DNA from: Elusimicrobiota bacterium
GTDB lineage: Bacteria; Elusimicrobiota; Elusimicrobia; UBA1565; UBA9628
NCBI GenBank assembly: GCA_016191335.1
Contig: JACPOW010000010.1
Location: 34,469-98,468, forward strand
Direction of reading: 5' to 3'
Length of the DNA: 64,000 nucleotides
This document shows, piece by piece, positions 8,727 through 19,454 of the stretch (positions within the stretch are counted from its first letter, which is position 1; each line of letters begins with the position of its first letter). The position numbers were made by a program, and so were the translations under genes. The notes under the pieces are model-generated. The model saw nothing but the letters and a program-made list of their open reading frames with translations, was not told the DNA's origin and ran no database searches.

Positions 8727-10774
8727 CTCTTCCCCGTCGCCCGGAAGCGCGCCTGGGCGGCCCACGCGGCGGAGCGGCCGTCGGCGGGGTCGAGCTCGGC
8801 GGCCGAGGAGAAGGCGTCGGCCGCGTCGGCCCAGCGCGAGTCGGCCCACAGGCGCGCGCCGAGCGCGGACCAGGCCCGGGCGGAGCGCGGCTCGCGGCGG
8901 ATGGCCTCGCGGAAGGCGGCCTCCGCCTCCTTGGTCCTGCCCGCGCGCTCGAGGGCCACGCCGAGGTTCGCCAGCGGCTCCGCCTTTTGGGGCTCGAGCG
9001 CGGCGCCGGCGCGGTAGGCGCTCTCCGCCGCCGGCCAGTCGCGGCGCTCGACGGCGCGGAAGCCGGCCACGCCCAGCGCGTAGGCCGCGGTGGGCACGAC
9101 CCACAGCGCGTCGGGAGCGACGGAGGCCGACAGCTCGATCCAGCGCACGCCGGCCTCGGCGTCGCCGCGCGCGAGCGCCTCGACGCCGCGCTGATAGGGC
9201 ATGAACGCCGCCAAGGCGCGGTCGCGGTAGCGCGCGGCGGCCGCCTCATGGGTCCAGCGCACGGCGACGGCCTCGCGCAAGGCGGGGCCGTCGGGGAACG
9301 GGGCCTTGGGCGCGAGCGGCCGGCGCAGGAGTCCGGCCGGGGTCAAGGTCGCGTCGGGTAGGACTCCCTCGTTCAAGGTCGAGTACCACAGGCGGCCGGA
9401 GGCGAACCAGCGGCCCTCGACCTCGCGGCGGCGGGCTTCTTTCGCGTCCTTGGTCAACGAACGGAAGTCGGGGCCGTAGCCGCCGGGGAAGACGACGCCG
9501 CCGCGGTCGCGGAGTTCGATATCAGGACGCTGACCCGCGGCCACGGTCAAGAACGACAACGAATAGAAGGTGTCGTCCCCACCGTCCATTACCACGACCG
9601 CGTTCGGGGGAAGGCTCCTCAGGATGGAACGGCCATAGTCGTAGGTCAGAAAATCGTTTCGTCTCGATTCGGCCAACGCTTCGGGGATCATCGACAATGC
9701 GGCGATCGCCGCGGCCATGGCGGAGAACTTCGCCACGCGTGTCCCCAGCATGGCCAGCCCGGCGGCGAGGAACGGAACGGCACCGATCAATGGCAGCAGG
9801 AAGAAGCGCTCGAGGGCGCCGCTGGTCTGCGCGTCGAAGCCGGGGCGGCCGAGGAAAAGGAAGAAAGGCCCGGCGGCAAGGAGCCATACGGCAGGGACGC
9901 TGGCGCGCACGGCCAGTCCCGCGCGGGCGAAGGCCATGGCGCCGAAGGCGGCGAGCAGGAAGCCGCCGGGGCCGAAGGCGCGGACCGAGGCGCGCACGAA
10001 GCGCCAGAGCTGGGCGGCGAGCTCCGACGGGCCGAAGTCCCGGGCCCCGTCGACGGTCAGCGCGAAGGTGCCGTAGTCGCGGCGCAGGAGCAGGCGCCAC
10101 AGCGCCTGCGGCGTCGTCGCGTGGCCCCAGTCCACCGGCGGGGAGGCCGCCGCGCGCAGGGGGATGGCGAGGTGCAGGGCGAAGCCGGCGGCCGCGCCGA
10201 GCGTCGCGCAGGCCAGGGCTTTGGCCCAGCTTCCCTTCTTGCCGAGGCCGGCGAGGAGCAAGGCGGGCAGGACGAGCAGCAAGGTCTGGTGCACGCCGAG
10301 GCCCAGGCCGAAGACGAGGCCGAGGGCCGCGGCCGGCCCGGGCTGGAGCAGGCGCTCGCCCGCCGCCGCGACGACCCACAGCAGGCCCGCGGCGGCCAAG
10401 GCGAGCGGGGCGAAGGCCTCCGCCACCGCGCTCTGCTCGCGCCACAGCGGGGCGAGGCCGATGATCACCACCGCGCCCACGCGCGCGGCGCGTCCGGCGC
10501 CCCAGCGGCGCAGGGCGTCGCACAGCAGGGCCAAAGCCGCGGCGGCGCACAAGGCGGAGAGCAGGTTGGCGCGGTAGGCCCAGTTCCCGAGCGGCAGGGC
10601 CGTGCCCAGCGCCTTGGCGAGCACGGTCCAGGTGGCGTAGCCAGGCGCGTGCGGCACGCCCCACGACGCGGCCGCGGCGGCGAACTCCCCGGCGTCGCCG
10701 GTGGTGACCGACGGCGCGGCCTGGAAGACGCCGAGGGCCGCGAAGGCGAGGAAGACGACGACGGGCTCAAGCAT
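8723..10774 (-). CDS. DUF2723 (GT-C-like) membrane protein with C-terminal TPR repeats; paralog 1
   Basis: 683 aa. N-terminal hydrophobic polytopic region (YATWTVLAKALGTALPLGNWAYRANLLSAL...) parallels the downstream paralog. C-terminal TPRs (AESAYRAGAALEPQKAEPLANLGVALERAGRTKEAEAAFREAIRREP). Confidence 0.7.
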   Translation of the reverse strand: MLEPVVVFLAFAALGVFQAAPSVTTGDAGEFAAAAASWGVPHAPGYATWTVLAKALGTALPLGNWAYRANLLSALCAAAALALLCDALRRWGAGRAARVGAVVIIGLAPLWREQSAVAEAFAPLALAAAGLLWVVAAAGERLLQPGPAAALGLVFGLGLGVHQTLLLVLPALLLAGLGKKGSWAKALACATLGAAAGFALHLAIPLRAAASPPVDWGHATTPQALWRLLLRRDYGTFALTVDGARDFGPSELAAQLWRFVRASVRAFGPGGFLLAAFGAMAFARAGLAVRASVPAVWLLAAGPFFLFLGRPGFDAQTSGALERFFLLPLIGAVPFLAAGLAMLGTRVAKFSAMAAAIAALSMIPEALAESRRNDFLTYDYGRSILRSLPPNAVVVMDGGDDTFYSLSFLTVAAGQRPDIELRDRGGVVFPGGYGPDFRSLTKDAKEARRREVEGRWFASGRLWYSTLNEGVLPDATLTPAGLLRRPLAPKAPFPDGPALREAVAVRWTHEAAAARYRDRALAAFMPYQRGVEALARGDAEAGVRWIELSASVAPDALWVVPTAAYALGVAGFRAVERRDWPAAESAYRAGAALEPQKAEPLANLGVALERAGRTKEAEAAFREAIRREPRSARAWSALGARLWADSRWADAADAFSSAAELDPADGRSAAWAAQARFRATGKR

Positions 10775-12971
10775 GGCCGGAGCGCCTCCTCAGCGTCCAC
10801 TCGGCGAGGAACAGGAGGCCCGCCAGCGCCAGCCAGAACGGGGACAGGAACGGCCGCAGGCGGCGCACCGTCTCCTCGCGCGGGCTGGGCGGGGGGAGCA
10901 GGTCGAGCAGGGGCCCGGGGCGCGCGACGGACAGGTCCGCGAAGGTCCCGCCGCCGGCGGCGGCGGCTTTCGTCAGCCAGTTGCGGTCCATCGGCTCGTC
11001 CTGCACCGGCTCCCAGACGAAGCGGACCTCGTCCTCGCCCCACGGCCGGCCGCGCACGCGCGCCGAGGCGCGCACCTTGTGGGCGCCGGGCGAGAGGCCC
11101 AGCAGCTCGACGGCGTAGACGCCGGGCTCGGCGAGCCTCACCGGGGCCTCGACAGCCTTCCCGTCGGGCCCCGTCCAGACCACGCTCACGCGCGTGTCCG
11201 CCGCCGGCGCGGGGCCGAAGCCCTCGTCGAAGACGCGCAAGGACAGCTTCGCCGGCTCGCGCGGCGGCACGCGGTCGGGCAGCGGCGCGAACTTCACCTT
11301 GGACAGGTCGAGGCCGCCGGTCAGGTACTGCACCGCGCGCGTCCAGAACCGCGCGTAGAAGCCCGCCGCGTCCGGGTCCGCCGCGGCGCCGAGCTTCCAG
11401 CGCCACGACGAGTCGGTGGAGATCAGCATGACCTTGCCGCGGCCGAAGGAGCGCACGGCCGCCACGGGCAGGGGCTTGCCGTCGTCCGCGCTCTGGCCGG
11501 GGTGGTAGGCCAGCACGGTCGCGCCGGGGCGCGTCGAGGCGAACCGCGCCCACCCGTCGAGCGGCGGCAAGGCCGCCCAGGCGCGCTGAGACAGCTCCGC
11601 GGTCTCGTACAGGCGCACCAGCGGATGCTCGGGCGGGCCGGGCTTGGCGGCGAACAGGCCGGGGACGAAGTCCGGGGCTCGCGCGGAGAGGACGACGGGC
11701 AGGGCCTCCTCGAGCGGGGAGCCCTTGTAGCCGCCGGCGGAGAAGGCGTTGTCGCCGCCCTTGACGAGCAAGGCGCCGCCGCCCTGGACGAAGCGCTTGA
11801 GCGCGTCGAGGTACTGCGGCGGCAGGCGGAAGCGCGCGGCGGAGAAGTTCTCGAGGATGAACAGGTCGAACTGGGGCAAAGCGCGGCCGAAGATCTCGTC
11901 GACCGGGAACGGGATCAAGGACAGCTCGCTCTCCGACGCGGGGGAGGGGTTCTCCGGATTGCGCAGGATCACGAAGGAGACGAGCTCGTGGTTCGGGTCG
12001 GCCTTGAGGAACTCGCGCAGGGCGGCGTACTCCGGGCTGGGGCGGCCGGCGAGGTACATGATGCGGTACTTCTGGCGCACGGTCTCGACGCGGAACTCGC
12101 GCGTCCGCTCGCGCCCGCCGACGGACGCGACGAGGCGCAGGCGCGCGGTGCCCAGCGCGTCGGCCGGGGCGGCCAGCTCGACGGGGAAGGTCTCGAGGTC
12201 GGCGTTGACGCGGCGCTTGACCCGGCCCGCCTCGCGCCAGCCGCCGGGGGCGCTCTCGTCGGCGCGGGACAGGGCCACCGTCGCGTCGCGCCCGGCGAGG
12301 CCGGTGGCCTCCACGCTCGCGCTCACGGGGATGACGCCGTGCAGGAAGGCGAAGTCGGGGGCCTTCAGGTCGAGGAAGGCGGCGCCGGTCTCGCGCTTGA
12401 CGGGCCCGACGCCGAGGAGGTCCACGGGAGAGCCGAGCCCGGCGAGGAGGCGGCCGAGGTCCCCGCCGCCCTCGGCGATCCCGTCGGTGACGAGCCAGGT
12501 GCGAGCGGGGGGGCCCTCGGGAGGGACGGCGTCGGGGAGGCTTTGCTCGGGCTTGAAGGCGGTGCCCTCCGCGGCGGCGAGGGCGAGCTTGTCGAGGCCG
12601 CCCAGGGGACGCGCGCGGTCCGACACGACGGACACGGTGACGTCGGCGCGGGACTCGATGGAGGATCTGTTCTTCTGAAGCCAGGAAACGGCCTGGGCGA
12701 GACGGGACGGGGACGCGGGCGCTTTGCCCTTCATCGTGTGGCCGGCGTCGAGGAGGATGTGCAGGCGGGGCTTCGCGAGCTGGCCCTGGCGGGCGAGGAC
12801 CGAGGGGCGCAGGAAGGCGAGGGCGAGAGCGAGGGCGGAGAGCCCTCGGAGGACGAGCAGCGGGCGGCGGGCCGGGGAACGCCGGCAGTGGACATAGAAC
12901 GCGCCGGCGAGGACGGCCGTGAACAGCCAGGGGAAAAGGCCGGGGGCGAAATCCAACCCGTAAGAGCTCAT
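10767..12971 (-). CDS. BatA_N-type double-transmembrane protein with a GATase1/ThuA-like domain and a C-terminal TM anchor (Bat operon accessory protein)
   Basis: N-terminal two TM helices separated by an RR-rich loop (GLFPWLFTAVLAGAFYVHCRRSPARRPLLVLRGLSALALALAFL). Middle segment FDLFILENFSAARF...GGGALLVKGGDNAF is class-I glutamine-amidotransferase-like. C-terminal TM FLSPFWLALAGLLFLAEW. Start overlaps upstream stop (ATGA). Confidence 0.55.
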   Translation of the reverse strand: MSSYGLDFAPGLFPWLFTAVLAGAFYVHCRRSPARRPLLVLRGLSALALALAFLRPSVLARQGQLAKPRLHILLDAGHTMKGKAPASPSRLAQAVSWLQKNRSSIESRADVTVSVVSDRARPLGGLDKLALAAAEGTAFKPEQSLPDAVPPEGPPARTWLVTDGIAEGGGDLGRLLAGLGSPVDLLGVGPVKRETGAAFLDLKAPDFAFLHGVIPVSASVEATGLAGRDATVALSRADESAPGGWREAGRVKRRVNADLETFPVELAAPADALGTARLRLVASVGGRERTREFRVETVRQKYRIMYLAGRPSPEYAALREFLKADPNHELVSFVILRNPENPSPASESELSLIPFPVDEIFGRALPQFDLFILENFSAARFRLPPQYLDALKRFVQGGGALLVKGGDNAFSAGGYKGSPLEEALPVVLSARAPDFVPGLFAAKPGPPEHPLVRLYETAELSQRAWAALPPLDGWARFASTRPGATVLAYHPGQSADDGKPLPVAAVRSFGRGKVMLISTDSSWRWKLGAAADPDAAGFYARFWTRAVQYLTGGLDLSKVKFAPLPDRVPPREPAKLSLRVFDEGFGPAPAADTRVSVVWTGPDGKAVEAPVRLAEPGVYAVELLGLSPGAHKVRASARVRGRPWGEDEVRFVWEPVQDEPMDRNWLTKAAAAGGGTFADLSVARPGPLLDLLPPPSPREETVRRLRPFLSPFWLALAGLLFLAEWTLRRRSGHA

Positions 12972-15709
12972 GGCGCGGCCGCCTTGAGCTTGTCGAGGAT
13001 GGCGGCCTGGTGGACGGCGTCGGACTTGTAGGAACCCGTGAGGGAGTACATCACGACGTTGAGGGTCAGGCGGCGGGCGAGCTCGCGCTGGGGCTCGCCG
13101 CCGGGGACGCAGGCGCGCAGGGGCTTGCCGAGGGCGTCTTTCGCCCAGGCGCCGAGGGCGTCGTCGCGGGTGTAGAGGACGGCGACGCGGCCGCCCCAGT
13201 CGACGCCCTCGAGGGAGCCGTGGACGCGGACACGGCCCGCGGGGCCTCGGAGGAGGAAGAAGGTGCGGTAGATCACATGGTCGGGAGGGAGGGGCTTGAG
13301 CGAGGAGTCGGGGAGGATGCGGGGCAGTTCGCGGCGCAGCCAGCGGTCGAAGGAGCCGGGGGGGCCGCCGCCGGAGTCCTCCACCCAGAGGAAGCCGCCG
13401 CCGGAGATGAACTGGCGCAGACGGCGGAGCTCGTCGTCACGGAGTTCGGGCGGAGCCGAGGTGCCGGCCAGGTAAACGAAGGGGGAGGAGAAAAGGGCGG
13501 GGTCGCTCAGAGAAATCGTCCTGCGCGCGGGAGAGGTGCGCACGCTGGTGACCTCGCCGAGCCAGGCCGTGAGAAGATCGGGGGCGTCGGGGTAGGGGTC
13601 CCAGGTGTCTCCGAGCTGGAGCTGGGTCCACACAAAACGGTCCCCTTGTTGGGCTAGGGCACGCGATGGGAACGATGCCAGACAAATAAAAATAAATAAG
13701 GCCGTCGCCCCGCGCAACGGCAACGACAGGAGCATCTCGAAGACGAGCATCAGGACGGCCAGGCCGAGGAGCCAGGCGGACAGATCTTTTCCGTAAACGG
13801 AATCGAGGAACTCGTTCTCGAGGTTTTCCACGTCACTTGAGCGCCATGGTGGAGAACTCGCGGGAAGCAAGTCGCTCTCCCCGCGCGACGAATCCAGATT
13901 GGCGGCGAAGGTGACGGTGCGAACGCCATCCACGAACGTATATAAGCCAGGGACCGAAGCTTCCGGCAAAACGGCCCTTCGGCCGGAAACCGATAACGAA
14001 GTCCGACGGCCATCAGGCGAGATCACGCTGATCCGATCCGGCGCGGCTTCGCCGCGCGACCATTCGCGGATGATGGGGTCGCCCACCTTCACCTTCCGGG
14101 CTGCGTCGCGAGCCGAATCCGGAACGCTCAAGGCCAGACAGGCGCGGGCCCAGGGGATGAAGAACGGCTTCAATCCTAAATTCGTCCACGCCGCGTCGAG
14201 CGGCGTCGCCCACACGACCGCCCGTCCTCTTCCGACGCTTCCCGCCACGAGCACCGCCTCTCCCGAGACACCGCTCACCCACACCTCGGACCCGGGAGCG
14301 GGCTCGAGGAGGAACATACGGCGCACGCTCACCTTGGATAAATCCAAATCTCCCCAACCGGAAGTCGCTTCACCCTCGCGTATGACCTTTAACCCCGGCG
14401 CGGAGACCTCCACCGCCGTTCCGAGCCGCGCCGGAAGCCATGGGAATGCGGCGAGGTCGGCCTCGTTACCACGCACCCCCGGGATGAACACCACGCCGCC
14501 GCCGCGTCCGGCGAATGCCTCGAGCGCGGCCGAAAGCCCCGGCGCGGGTCGCGCCGCGTCGGCCATCATCACGGTCCCATATTTAGTCAGATCCGCTTCG
14601 TTCCAACGCGCGGCCTCCAGAAAATCCGCGTCGCGCCCCGCCAAGGTCTCCCGCCCGCCGCCGAACAGCTCCCGCAGGAACCACCCCGGCTTCCCCGCGC
14701 GGAAGAACTGCGGGTCGGAGTACAGCACCAGCACCCGCGGCGACGGCCGGTGCGCCATGGAGAAATACACCTGGTCGTCCTCGGCCAGGGCGCCCGGACG
14801 GGCGGCCACGCGGCCGGCCCAGGAGGGGGCGGCGCTGTCCTCGGCGGCGGGCAGGGCCAGAGCGGAGCGGGACTCGGCGCCGGCTGGGGCAGAGGCGGAG
14901 CCGGAGCCGGCGCGGCGGTCCCCGACCCACAGGTCGAGGGGCGTGGAGGCGGGGGCGCCGGCGGCGGCGAGGCGGACCTCGACGCGGGGGGCGCGCGCGC
15001 TCGAGTCGGGGGAGGGGCCGGCGGAGGAAAGCCAGGCGTTGGCCAGCGCGGGGAAGCGCAGGCCGATCACGGCGGCGCCCTCGGCGGGCGCGGGGGCCTT
15101 CTCGCGCAGGCCGTGCTCGGCCCCGTCGCCGAGGACGACGACGGCGCGCTTGCGCCCGCGCGGCGCCTCCTCCAGCGCCTTGCGCGCCGCGGCCAACGCG
15201 GCGGCGGCGTTCGTGCCGCGCCAGCCCGGGCGCGCGGCGGCCAAGGCCGCGTCGGCGGCGCGCGCGTCGCCCCAGGCGAGCGGGGCCTTGAGCGCCTCGT
15301 CGAAGGTCCCGACGGCCACGCGGTCGCCGGGCGCCAGGCGCTTGAGCAGGCGGCGCCCCGCCTCGCGGGCCGCGTCGAAGCGGACGGTGACGCCGTCGCG
15401 GGCGCGCGTGGAGTACGACGCGTCGAGCAGGAGCACGAGGTCGAGCCCCGCCGCGCCCGCCGCCGCGTCGCCGCGCCGCGCCGGGGCGGCGGCCGCCAGT
15501 ATCAGCGCCGCGAGCAGGACGCAGCGCGCGGCCATGAGCAGCAGCTCGCGCAGGCGCGCCTTGGGCCGCGCCCGCGCGTCCACGGCCTTGAGCAAGGTCA
15601 GGTCGGAGAACGGCACGCGCCGCGCGGCGCGCCGCGACATGAGATGGATGACGACGGGCAGGGCCGCCAGCGGCAAAGCCCACAGCGCCGCCGGGAAGCC
15701 GAACCTCAC
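12968..15709 (-). CDS. BatA-like protein: BatA_N double-TM segment + von Willebrand factor A domain, continuous in-frame with a C-terminal DUF4159-like domain (apparent fusion)
   Basis: Likely GTG start at 15709 overlapping the DUF58 stop (GTGA). N-terminus FGFPAALWALPLAALPVVIHLMSRRAARRVPFSDLTLLKA (BatA_N). vWA LDLVLLLDASYSTRARDG. Internal hydrophobic segment MLLSLPLRGATALFIFICLASFPSRALA. C-terminal GGGFLWVEDSGGG...DHVIYRTFF...RLTLNVVMYSLTGSYKSD resembles DUF4159. Confidence 0.55.
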   Translation of the reverse strand: MRFGFPAALWALPLAALPVVIHLMSRRAARRVPFSDLTLLKAVDARARPKARLRELLLMAARCVLLAALILAAAAPARRGDAAAGAAGLDLVLLLDASYSTRARDGVTVRFDAAREAGRRLLKRLAPGDRVAVGTFDEALKAPLAWGDARAADAALAAARPGWRGTNAAAALAAARKALEEAPRGRKRAVVVLGDGAEHGLREKAPAPAEGAAVIGLRFPALANAWLSSAGPSPDSSARAPRVEVRLAAAGAPASTPLDLWVGDRRAGSGSASAPAGAESRSALALPAAEDSAAPSWAGRVAARPGALAEDDQVYFSMAHRPSPRVLVLYSDPQFFRAGKPGWFLRELFGGGRETLAGRDADFLEAARWNEADLTKYGTVMMADAARPAPGLSAALEAFAGRGGGVVFIPGVRGNEADLAAFPWLPARLGTAVEVSAPGLKVIREGEATSGWGDLDLSKVSVRRMFLLEPAPGSEVWVSGVSGEAVLVAGSVGRGRAVVWATPLDAAWTNLGLKPFFIPWARACLALSVPDSARDAARKVKVGDPIIREWSRGEAAPDRISVISPDGRRTSLSVSGRRAVLPEASVPGLYTFVDGVRTVTFAANLDSSRGESDLLPASSPPWRSSDVENLENEFLDSVYGKDLSAWLLGLAVLMLVFEMLLSLPLRGATALFIFICLASFPSRALAQQGDRFVWTQLQLGDTWDPYPDAPDLLTAWLGEVTSVRTSPARRTISLSDPALFSSPFVYLAGTSAPPELRDDELRRLRQFISGGGFLWVEDSGGGPPGSFDRWLRRELPRILPDSSLKPLPPDHVIYRTFFLLRGPAGRVRVHGSLEGVDWGGRVAVLYTRDDALGAWAKDALGKPLRACVPGGEPQRELARRLTLNVVMYSLTGSYKSDAVHQAAILDKLKAAAP

Positions 15710-16564
15710 CGCGTGAGCAGGCGCCCCAGCGCCGCCTCCCAGTGGCCCGTCGTCTCCGCGACCGCGTAGGCCAGGCCCGCGCGGCGCAAGGCGCCGGCGT
15801 ACGCGTCGGCCTGACGCGCGAACGCGGCGCGGTAGGCCGGCGCCGCCTCCAGCGCGTCCACGAACAACGGCTCGCCGCCCTCGAGGCCCTCCATCAGGCA
15901 CGGCCCCTCGTACGGGAACTCGCGCTCATCGGGGTCGAGGGTCCGCAGGACCAGGACCTCATGGCGCCGCGCGACCAAGGCCCGCACCGCCTTGAGCGCG
16001 CCCGCCGTATCGCCCATCAGGTCGCTGATCAGCACCACCATCCCGCGCCGCGGCAGTTCCTCGGCGGCGGCCTCGATGGCGCGGGCGAGGTCCGTCTCGC
16101 CCTGAGCCGAGGCCAAAGTCAGCGCCTCGTCGAACGCCCCGAGCTGGGCCGCGCCCGCTCGAGGGGGAAGGGCGAGCCTGGCCTCGGTGCCGAAGGTGAC
16201 GAGCCCGGCCTCGTCGCCCTGCGCCAGCGCCAGCCACGCCACGGCGGCCGCCGCGCGCCGCCCCAGGTCGAGCTTGGATTGGCGCCCCGCGCCCGCGTAG
16301 GCCATCGAGCCGGAGGCATCGAGCAGGACGAAGACGGGGATGCGGTCCTCGGAGCGGAACTCGCGCACGTAGAAGCGGTCGAGGCGCGCGTACGCCTTCC
16401 AGTCGATGCTCCGCGACTCGTCGCCGTAGGAGTACGGCCTGTGCTGGGCGAAGTCGCGTGAGTGCCCGCGCGCGAGCGAGCGGTGCTTGCCCGGCGCGCC
16501 GGACAGGCCGGAGGCGCGCCGCGGGAACAGCCCTAGGCCCTTGAGGCGGGCCTGCGACTCGGGA

Positions 16565-16578
<14 letters not shown>
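15706..16578 (-). CDS. DUF58 family protein (MoxR-associated vWA-like)
   Basis: GHSRDFAQHRPYSYGDESRSIDWKAYARLDRFYVREF...VFVLLDASGSMAYAGAGRQSKL is typical DUF58. Overlaps the MoxR gene by 14 nt. Confidence 0.75.
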
Positions 16579-17557
<979 letters not shown>

Positions 17558-17566
17558 GAGGGTAAT

Positions 17567-18634
17567 CTACCTGTTTTTGCGCTTCAGGCTCCAGGTCACC
17601 AGCCCCGCCGCGGCCAGCGCCGCCAAGGCGGCGAACACCCCGAGCACGAGCTTGCGCGACGGCCCCTGCTTCTCGATCGGTATCTTCGGCGTGGAGGCCA
17701 GCAATCCCGGCACCGCCGTCGGCCCCGCCTTGAGCGCCGCCAAGGCCCCGACCATCAGCTCGTCGGCGGCCGGCCCGCGCCCGAACAATTGATAGCCCCA
17801 GTAGCCCCACGGCAGGTATCCCACCGAGAGCTTCTCCGCCGGCCCGCTCGCGGCCCACGAGTACACCGCGACGGGGCCCGCCGCCGTGGCCGCCGCCTTC
17901 ACCGGCGCGATCTTGTCCGCCGCCACGCCCGCCGAGGTGGCCGTCAGCTCGCGCACGATGGCCGCCTGCTCCCCGGGCTTGGTCGCGTCCGCCTCGGCCA
18001 GCTTCTGGAACAGCACCTCGGAGCCCGCGCCCTGGATGACGAGCACGAAGCCCTTCGCCGTCTCCGAGTCGAGCAGCGACCGCGACCGCCGCCCTCCGCC
18101 CAGCGCCAGCTCCAGCTGTCCGTCGAGGCTGCGCGCCACGCCCGCGCTCTGCACCGCGCCCTCGATGCGCCCGATCTGGATGGACCCCAGGAGAGAATTG
18201 ACCATCGCCTCCGGCGCCGCGCTCATCAGCACCGCCAGGTGCGGCGTGCCGCCCGCCCCGAACAAGGCGATGAGCACCCGGTCCTCGCCCGCCAGCTGGC
18301 CCTTGATCAACTGCGCCGTCAGGCCGTTGCGGAACACGCGCGTCTCCACGCGCCCGCTCGAGCGGTAATCCTTCCCGCTTCCCTCGCGCAGCCCGCCCAG
18401 GACGTCCTGCAGATAGCCGCGCGTCCCCGCGGGGTTGTCGAGCGGCGCCTTGGGCGCGCGCCGGACGATGAACGACGCCATCTCCGGACCCTTGAGCACG
18501 ATGACGGCGTTGCGCACCTTCCCTTCGCTCAGCACATCCTTCCAGCCGGGAGGCGCCTCCAAGGTGGGGGACGCGGCGTGAGACAGCGCGGCGCTGAAAG
18601 CCAGGAAAAGCGAGGCGTAGATGGTATTTCTCAT
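17567..18634 (-). CDS. Hypothetical exported protein with cleavable signal peptide and C-terminal TM anchor; first gene of the MoxR/Bat-like operon
   Basis: 355 aa. N-terminus MRNTIYASLFLAFSAALSHAASP. C-terminus LVLGVFAALAALAAAGLVTWSLKRKNR. Ends 9 nt before the MoxR start. Confidence 0.45.
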   Translation of the reverse strand: MRNTIYASLFLAFSAALSHAASPTLEAPPGWKDVLSEGKVRNAVIVLKGPEMASFIVRRAPKAPLDNPAGTRGYLQDVLGGLREGSGKDYRSSGRVETRVFRNGLTAQLIKGQLAGEDRVLIALFGAGGTPHLAVLMSAAPEAMVNSLLGSIQIGRIEGAVQSAGVARSLDGQLELALGGGRRSRSLLDSETAKGFVLVIQGAGSEVLFQKLAEADATKPGEQAAIVRELTATSAGVAADKIAPVKAAATAAGPVAVYSWAASGPAEKLSVGYLPWGYWGYQLFGRGPAADELMVGALAALKAGPTAVPGLLASTPKIPIEKQGPSRKLVLGVFAALAALAAAGLVTWSLKRKNR

Positions 18635-18707
18635 CGTGGGAATGAGTTTATCAACATCCGGGGGGAGCGGGGAACCTGTTCTTTTCCGATTTCGATCCTC
18701 TCGAGGA

Positions 18708-18737
18708 GGGTTTTGAGCACAATCGTGCTCAAAACCC
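18708..18737. promoter_or_regulatory. Perfect 13-bp inverted repeat GGGTTTTGAGCAC-AATC-GTGCTCAAAACCC between the ceramidase-like gene and the Bat-like operon
   Basis: Read directly. Lies about 75 nt upstream of the 18634 start codon and 13 nt downstream of the 18750 stop. No T-tract follows on either strand, so it is more operator-like than terminator-like. Confidence 0.35.
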
Positions 18738-18749
18738 CCGAGGGAGGAG

Positions 18750-19454
18750 TCAGCGACGCCCGACCGACCTGGTCGCCGGCACGGCCGCGATGACGAAGAA
18801 CGAGGCGACTCCGGCGGACAGGTGCTTGAGGGTGTGGCCGCTCAACACAAAGGAAGAGAACACCTGACGGTCGTAGGTCTCGAGGACCTTCGCAAGAACA
18901 TAAAAAGCGACGGCGACCATCAACAGGCGCCCATCGAGGAACTTCCGCGGGAACAGGAACAGGATCAACGGCATGAGCACCAACGGCAAGAATTGCACCA
19001 GGATGTAGGCCCTGAGATCGCCGGTCTCGCGCCAATACAAAGCGCTCGCGATGCCTAAAGCAACCAGCACCGGCAAGGTCTTGAAGGTCGTGACCCGTTC
19101 CTCCAACAACATCGCGAAAAGACCCATGAACGCGACCGTCATGGGCAGGCGGTCCCACAGAAGCGTCGCGTCGGAGGGGGACCGGTGATAGTAGGCCGAG
19201 CCGAGGCTCACCAGGAGCACTCCCACGCATAAGGTCGTGTACGCCGGGCGGTTCGTCGAGACCGTTCGTCGCAGACCGTACAGGCCGACGACCAAGAACA
19301 GGACATTCGACATCACATCAAAGAAATTCGGCAGCCCCAGCCAGGACCGCGCGTCGGCGAAGGCATGATACGCCTGATCCTGGAGGATGGGCGCGTGGAA
19401 GAAGGTCGCGACCACGGCGGCCGCGGCGATGACGCCCAGAGCCCCGTGCCTCAT
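18750..19454 (-). CDS. Alkaline-ceramidase-like 7-TM membrane hydrolase (bacterial ceramidase family)
   Basis: True start MRHGALGVIAAAAVV... at 19454 (ATGA overlap with GNAT stop). The track ORF 18750..19709 is N-extended. Motif ILQDQAYHAFADARSWLGLPNFFDVMSNVLF and later YHRSPSD match the ceramidase/CREST family; multiple TM helices. Confidence 0.6.
   Translation of the reverse strand: MRHGALGVIAAAAVVATFFHAPILQDQAYHAFADARSWLGLPNFFDVMSNVLFLVVGLYGLRRTVSTNRPAYTTLCVGVLLVSLGSAYYHRSPSDATLLWDRLPMTVAFMGLFAMLLEERVTTFKTLPVLVALGIASALYWRETGDLRAYILVQFLPLVLMPLILFLFPRKFLDGRLLMVAVAFYVLAKVLETYDRQVFSSFVLSGHTLKHLSAGVASFFVIAAVPATRSVGRR

Noticed and set aside
6664-13031. Multiple long alternate-frame and antisense ORFs over the DUF2723/Bat region (6664..9249 minus, 7641..9017 plus, 9522..10664 minus, 10121..11431 plus, 10701..13031 plus, 13899..15716 plus, 14583..15683 minus, 16649..18793 plus)
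   Set aside because: All are Arg/Gly/Pro/Ala-rich low-complexity translations overlapping frames that carry recognisable domains (DUF2723, TPR, vWA, DUF58, MoxR).
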